From Schmidtea polychroa (lineage: Eukaryota), in assembly GCA_044892525.1 (NCBI GenBank), contig CM097885.1, forward strand, positions 237,524,001 to 237,588,000: a DNA stretch of 64,000 bases. Reading direction: 5' to 3'. Made by a program: the position numbers and the translations under genes. Of the stretch, positions 57,636 through 64,000 are shown piece by piece; within the stretch, counting starts at the first letter, position 1; each line of letters begins with the position of its first letter. Under the pieces are notes generated by a model that was not told the origin of the DNA, ran no database searches, and was given only the letters and a program-made list of their open reading frames with translations.

Positions 57636-58967
57636 CAGGGCCTAGGAGAGAGAGTGCGGGGCCCGGGCCAAATTTTTTTGGGGCCCCTTTTAAATAATTA
57701 AAAAATATTTATAGTTAGCGACAACACAATATAAAAACAAATTTTATTATATTAATGATTTGCGGGCTTTTGAAATTGCAAATTTATCAATTATTTCACT
57801 AAAATATTGAAGTTAGTTGCGTAAATGCTTTTAAAAAATATCATTTCATCATACAGGTCTGTTGAAATGTCATCAGACCTTATGTGAAATTACTTGCTAA
57901 TTCATTTGCAAATAAGCAGCAATCACAGTAAATAGATTTTGTCGACTCACTATAATCAATCCAATTCCGAGATGCCTTTTCTCCATTCTCAAGCGTTTTA
58001 TTAAAGATATGAACTGGAATTTTTTTGTTTTCGATGTCGATTGGAAGTGATTGAGGAATTATGCGCTCATCATTCAAGAATGTTTTTCTTATATTTGGAT
58101 CGTTTGACTGAAGAAGAGCGATATCAAAAACGACTTTTGAAACTAAATAATGATCATTATCTAAATCTTTCAAATCTTTTCTTCTGCAACTGTTAAATCT
58201 TCATGTTCTTGAACGAATGTATCAAATGAATCGCCATTGACTGAAGCGTTTAATGAATAAAAAGAATCTTCTTCATTGTTTTGGCTTGCTCTCTTCAAAA
58301 ATGAGGTGATGTTCGCTGATTTATCGATAGCTTCTTTTCGCTTCTTAATGTCTTTTCGTTTTTCTGCTCCACTTTTGTGTTTTTTCATCTAAATTAAATA
58401 TTCATTAAATTAAGGGATATATTTCAATCGAAAAAAAACATTCATACATTTTGTTCACTTCTTTTAGTATTAAAATTTATTGAAATTAATTTTTATCAAA
58501 TAAAAGCACAAACAATATAAACAAACTTTAATTCAGCTTAACACCGACAATTTTAAATTTAAAACTTCAATGAGAAATTTTCGAAATATTTCAAGCCGTT
58601 TCATTTAATTTTTTTAGTAGAGAAATTTTAATGACATTTAAAAGTTGGGTTTAAATTAAGGGCCCCAATATCATATCATTAATAAACGGATATTTTTAAA
58701 AATATTTTTAAAAATCTCTTATTCGTGGATTTTAATAACGATCAAGCAATTTTAAATGACGAATTCCTAATCTTAGATCAATCTGATTTATTTAAAAACA
58801 TGTTAGATTGATATATAAGAGCAAAGAAGTTATATCATTAGTCCATTTTCAAATTGTTGAATTTTTAAAAAATAATTTTTGTTTCCAAAAAAATTTCTTC
58901 AAATAAAATTTTGAAGATTTGGGGCCCGGAGCCAGTGGCCCCTTTGGCCCCGCCTCTTCTAGGGCCC
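57636..58967 (-). mobile_element. Internally deleted hAT (Tip100/ZMYM1-like)
   Basis: N-terminal MKKHKSGAEKRK and RNWIDYSESTKSIYCDCCLF joined to C-terminal IIDKFAISKARK; GC-rich ggggccc termini; exact ends and TSD unclear. Confidence 0.8.
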
Positions 58968-59189
58968 ATAGACTCTAGGTAAGAATGGGAAATGGCTAGT
59001 TAGTTGATATGAGATATGAGTTGATATCTGCTACATTCTCAATATGAACTGCAAATGGTGTGGAAAAAAACTGAAAATGTGGTTCAAGTGCCTAAAAATC
59101 GTTAAAACGCAACACGAACTGATGATGCAAATCTGAAATTATATATGTGTATTCTTTCAAGAATTGCTTTTCTACTTTATCCAATGATT

Positions 59190-60737
59190 TCAATATTGGG
59201 AATTAGGCTTAATTGCCAGCAATAAGCTGTTTTTGAAACAATAACAGTTTTAACATGAATGATTTAACATTATCATACATCTGTGTAATGACCTGTCTTT
59301 TACCCTGAAGTTTTAAGTTCAATGCATTCAAATGTCCACTTAAATCTGTCATAAAAAGCAAGATCGCAGATAAATGTGGCATCAGTGAGCTCTGAGACTT
59401 TTTTCTTTTTCATGAAAGAATCATTCTCTTGTTTAAGTTCAAAAAAACGATTCAGTACATTTCCATGACTTAGCCATTAACTTCAGTGTGATACACAATT
59501 TCTCGATATTTGCTTTCTATACTTGCTAGGAAAAAAATGAACTGTCTGTGATTTAAACCTCGTGCATGCATAAAATCGACTGTTTTCGCAACCACTTCCA
59601 TGACACCCGTCATTTTAATAATTTTGCTACACGGAGCTTCTTTGTGCACAATCCAATGTGTGCTGGTGAAATTATCATTTGGTATTTTAAAGTTTTCTAG
59701 TTTGGTTCTCCCTAATCCAACGAAACCAACCTTTTGTGAACACATAGCTGGCGCACCATCCGTGGACACTGATACAAATTTGCGCCATGGTAATGTAGAT
59801 TTTTTAAAACAATCTTTTTATCCTTGAAATATATCATGTCCCATCGTGGTACCTTTCAGTGTTATCAAGTCTAGAAATTCTTCAGTTACATTCAGTTTAC
59901 TGTCCACCGCTCTAATGAAAATTGCACCCTGTGAGGTATCTGCCACACCAGTACTCTCATCAAGAGTGATCAAATATGCTTCAAAATCTTTAGACTTTTC
60001 AAGCAATAGTTTTTTCACATTATCTGCTAAATCTGTAACTCTGTTAGCTATTGGATTGGAAGATAAACTTAAGCCTTTGAATAGTTTCTTTTTATCAGGA
60101 ATTAAAATTTCGCTGACAATCAAAAAACATTCCTTTGTGCATTGATCTTCTGTGAAAGGTCGTAATGATTCAGCTATCATCTTGCTTAGTTCGAAACTTA
60201 TTTTTACAGAATTTTCTACAAACTTGCTTACATCCGAAAATAAGTTTCCTTGCTTAGCAAATTCTATCTTAAGCTGATTAACTTTTCCATTCCTGAAATT
60301 TCCACTAAATCTTTCAAAGCCTTCACGGTGCATGGTGTCGTAGTGACGACGAAGGTTGAACTCCTTGAGTACTGCGATTATCTGATGACATATAAGACAT
60401 TGAATTTTATCTTTAACCTCAATGAAAAAATATATAATTCTACTTTTCTTGGAAAACCTTATTTTCATCAACTAGTTTTCTTTTTTACGTAACGAAGTCT
60501 TTTTAACTAAATAAAATAATATAAATAATTTTCAATGAAATTCATAAGAATGCCTTAATGAAGCTTTTATTAATTCGCAAGCAAAAAAAATGTCCAAATA
60601 AAAATAATTTCAAGTTAGTTTTAATTTGTTAGCCGATTGCGATTTTAATTGGATAAATTTGGTTAAATTACAATATCTGTGGGGTTCATAAAGGGTCGCA
60701 AAATACAACGGTGCAAACTGCGTGCTTGAGATCCCTG
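59190..60737 (-). mobile_element. 3'-truncated hAT (SPIN/GTF2IRD2-like)
   Basis: 5' TIR CAGGGATCTCAAG at 60737; frameshifted CLICHQIIAVLKEFNLRRHY, LDEST, STDGAPAM, HWIVHKE, GLNHRQF. Confidence 0.88.
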
Positions 60738-60980
60738 TGCTAATCGATCTTCAAGTTATGTAATAGTCAAACGCAATCACCAAACTATCAAAAGAATGGT
60801 GGTAAGATGCAATAAAAGTCTTCTAGAAATGGTGTTTTATTACAATGTTGTACCATTTAGAAATGGTGAGGCCTCTTCAGCACTAACATAAACAGTACAT
60901 TCGTATATATGACGTTTCCTAAACAAAAATGCTGAAAAAGAAACTTTAAGTTAAATCCATCTTTAAATTTCGCAGCAAAA

Positions 60981-61966
60981 ATCTTGAAACTAACAATATA
61001 TATTTAATCAAAGAATTTATAAATAACAAGTTTTGATTAATTCACAAAAACCGCCAATTCCAAATTATTTAAACAAAAAATATCTAACTCTCCCCTTCTT
61101 AAAAATTATTCCACTTCTTCAGCCACTCGATTCGTCTTTCTTTCGTTCCTTCTTGTGAATGTAGTTCGACTCAATGAGGGGATAGAAATCTGGTGATTTT
61201 ATATGGCCCATCGTATTGCATACCATCCTTGTACCTGTTCTGCGGCTCTTTACGTACGAGTACCTCCTCCCCAACCTCGAAAACACGAGTGCCCCTCTTT
61301 GTCTTATCCATAGCTCTCATAGTGTCTGCGGCTTTACTCGAGTTAAATCTCGCGTCTTCGATTCTTCCACTTCTTGATATCTCGGCTTGTTTCAGGTTAG
61401 AGTGTAGGTTAACACTCCGTCCATAAATTATCTCAAATGGTGATAAACCTGTAGCACTTTGTCGACTGCTATTTATAGTGAACTCTATTCTGGGTAGAAG
61501 TTCGTGCCAGTTTCTCTCTTGACATCCACCTGCAAATGTTGCTGTAATAAGATCTCTTATCGTTCGTATGGCTCGTTCGGCTAAACCACTTGATTGGTGC
61601 TGGTAAGGTGAGCTGAATTCCTGTTTGATTCCAAGTTTCTGTAGCTTCTGTCTTAGGAAACTCCCTTCGAAATTTCGGCCTTTATCTGTTAAATGCTCTT
61701 CGGTTTTCCAAATCGATAGATCCAACTATTAAGTATTGTTTTGAAAATGGTCCCTTCGTCTTGCTTTGTGATTGCAGTTAAAGAAATCAGTTTGCTAAAA
61801 CGGTCCACCATTACTACCATATATTTTTTTTATGGCGTTTATTACCATGTAAGCCACATCTTGAAACTAACAATATATATTTAATCAAAGAATTTATAAA
61901 TAACAAGTTTTAATTAATTCAAAAAAACCGCCAATTCCAATTTATTTAAACAAAAGATATCTAACT
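60981..61966 (-). mobile_element. ~1-kb internally deleted Ty3/gypsy element (two short LTRs, PBS-like site, integrase remnant, PPT)
   Basis: Near-identical ~109-bp direct repeats 60981-61089 and 61858-61966; PPT AGAAGGGGAG at 61090-61099; TGG-initiated PBS-like site at 61833-61847; integrase VDRFSK, TDKGRNF, SGLAERAIRT, GPY. Confidence 0.85.
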
Positions 61967-62265
61967 ATAAATACAATTCAATATTGTAAAAATTAATTAA
62001 TATGTAATTCAATTAATAAATTTACACTCCTCATAGAATATGCTGTTTATTGTGAAAATACAAATTAAGGTGAAAAGAAGAAATTAAATTTACATATTAT
62101 TAATTTTAAAGTTTTATCAAAACCAACGATTTGTTTAAGTTTTTAAAAATATATAAGATGTTCATAAATAAGCAGAAACTTAGTTTTTAAATTTACAAAT
62201 AAATTATTGCATATTGAAATTTAATAATATTAAATATGTTTTATGTAATATCTGATATTTTTTAG

Positions 62266-62918
62266 ATGGGTAGTTTATTCAGAAGTCAAGAAATGGCTTT
62301 ATGTCAATTGTTTTTGCACACTGAAACTGCTTATATGTGCATTTCAGAATTAGGAGAACTTGGAATGGTTCAGTTCAAAGATGTTTGTTATTTTACTGAA
62401 TTCAATTAAATTAAAGTATTAATTTTAGAGTTCTCCTGATACCAGTGCTTTCCATCGGAAATTTGTCAATGAAGTTCGTAGATGTGATGAAATGGAAAGG
62501 AAATTAAGTATTTACTTTAATGAATTTATAAAATAATTTAAATGCATTAGGATTTTTGGAGAAAGAAATTCGTAAGGATAATATTCCAATCTTGGACACA
62601 GGTGATAATCCAGAAGCTCCAGCTCCAAGGGAGATTATTGATTTGGAATCAACTTTTGAGAAATTGGAAAAAGAACTCCAGGAAGTGAATATTAATGCAG
62701 AACAACTTAAAAAGAATTATCTGGAATTATTGGAATTGAAGGAAATTTTAAGAAAAACGCAAATATTTTTTGATGAAGTACAATTCTGTGAATAAAGATA
62801 ATTAAATTATCAGTTTACAGGGGATGCATGATAGTTCAATGAATGAGGAGTCATTGGAATTGCTGGGCGAGGAAGGTCTCAAGGCCGGAGGAATGGCAGG
62901 TCAAGGACTTAGGCTAGG
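62266..62918 (+). CDS. ATP6V0A1: V-type proton ATPase V0 subunit a (first four coding exons; gene continues beyond the window)
   Basis: Exons 62266-62382, 62429-62507, 62551-62777, 62821-62918: [17 protein letters not shown]...[12 protein letters not shown] / [19 protein letters not shown] / [13 protein letters not shown]...[10 protein letters not shown]. The isoform label is approximate. Confidence 0.93.
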
Positions 62919-63433
62919 GTATTATTTTTATATAATAATGTAATAAATGCTTGATAAAATTTTTAATTAATTTAATTAATACAAATAATTAACTTGATTA
63001 TTTGTTAATTTTTTCAAAAATAATTTAATTAATTCTATAATTTGAATTTTATACGGATTTTGATAATTTACTTATAAAATCTCTCATTTGCGCCTTATGT
63101 GGTTTTGAAGGAAAATATTTTACCGATAAGACTTGAAATCAATTAAAAATTTTATTGATAACAACAGTGACAGGCATCATTTCGTATTTAGAAGAATTGA
63201 ATGCGTATTTCATTGCTTAATTGATATACAACTACATGTTTGTATTAGCACAGAAACAATCTACAAGGGGACATTGAAAGTCACCGTTTGGATATATCCT
63301 TAGTTCGATTAAGAGTATTCACCAAAATCAAACAAAATATTTGGGATTCCATAGTAAGTTTCTCGGAAATTGACATTTTATAAGTACACTAAGCAAAACA
63401 TCCTTTTATACGCGTTGCTATGATTGTTATGTA

Positions 63434-63510
63434 TAAGGTGACCAGACGTCCCGATTTTTCACGATTTATCCCGCGTCCTGCAACGTTTTTCAAAAGTCCC
63501 GACTTTTAGA
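63434..63510. mobile_element. hAT (Blackjack-type) terminal repeat; the other end is outside the window
   Basis: taaggtgaccagacgtcccg with repeated gtcccg subterminal motifs. Confidence 0.55.
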
Positions 63511-64000
63511 ATTAAGTTAAATTTTATATTTATGAAAATCATTGTTTTGCATTCTAAGAATCCTACGGACTGCTAAGACTAACATATTGCTTTTCTTACC
63601 CAGTTACATTGTATTTGTTTCTCATATGATACTCCTCGTGTTCGTACTGTGTGCTAGGAAGCTAATTAAACAAATAAATATTACAAATCTGCTACTTACC
63701 ATAGAAAATTAAGGCAAGTAAATACATAAATTTTCTTAAACTTAGCTTAAAATACTCGTAGTCTTCAATTTTATATTGATAACAAAAAGTATATCACTGA
63801 CCCTAATCTTAAAAGAAATTTTAGAAAGAAATATAAAAATAAAATTTTGCAAATATTTTAAGTTAATCAAACTAATAATATGTCAAGGAATAAAATATTA
63901 TACAATTTTTTATATTTATAAATTGTACTTATGTTAAAAATCAAAAATATTACCATATTATTTTTATTCTATATGAAAATTTTTGTTGATATCCCCCTAC

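Overview
Very AT-rich eukaryotic (metazoan) genomic DNA. Many 41-52 bp GT-AG introns, long (TAA)n tracts and the transposon spectrum suggest a planarian or similar flatworm (inference). Three host genes are recognisable. (1) A ~40 kb minus-strand cytosolic carboxypeptidase of the AGBL2/AGBL3 (CCP2/3, tubulin deglutamylase) type with intact M14 catalytic motifs. (2) A complete minus-strand TRAF3IP1/IFT54 gene. (3) The first four coding exons of a plus-strand V-ATPase V0 a-subunit. Introns and intergenic DNA are packed with mobile DNA: an intact hAT (Tip100/ZMYM1-like) element, deleted hATs and MITEs (hAT, Merlin, Tc1/mariner, piggyBac), a MULE with a nested hAT, Helitron ends, Ty3/gypsy remnants and solo LTRs, and a Polinton pPolB fragment. 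Two things stand out. The first is a 3.86 kb TGTTGGG...CCCAACA element (probable giant solo LTR) carrying a UUCG-capped RNA hairpin and an intact, apparently spliced and polyadenylated orphan ORF with CxxC/coiled-coil, Arg-rich and acidic-tail features. The second is a set of about eight short Penelope-type repeats carrying minimal hammerhead ribozymes in two families, one with a U3-A8 compensatory core and two loci arranged as fold-backs. All gene models and family assignments were made by eye, without database searches.
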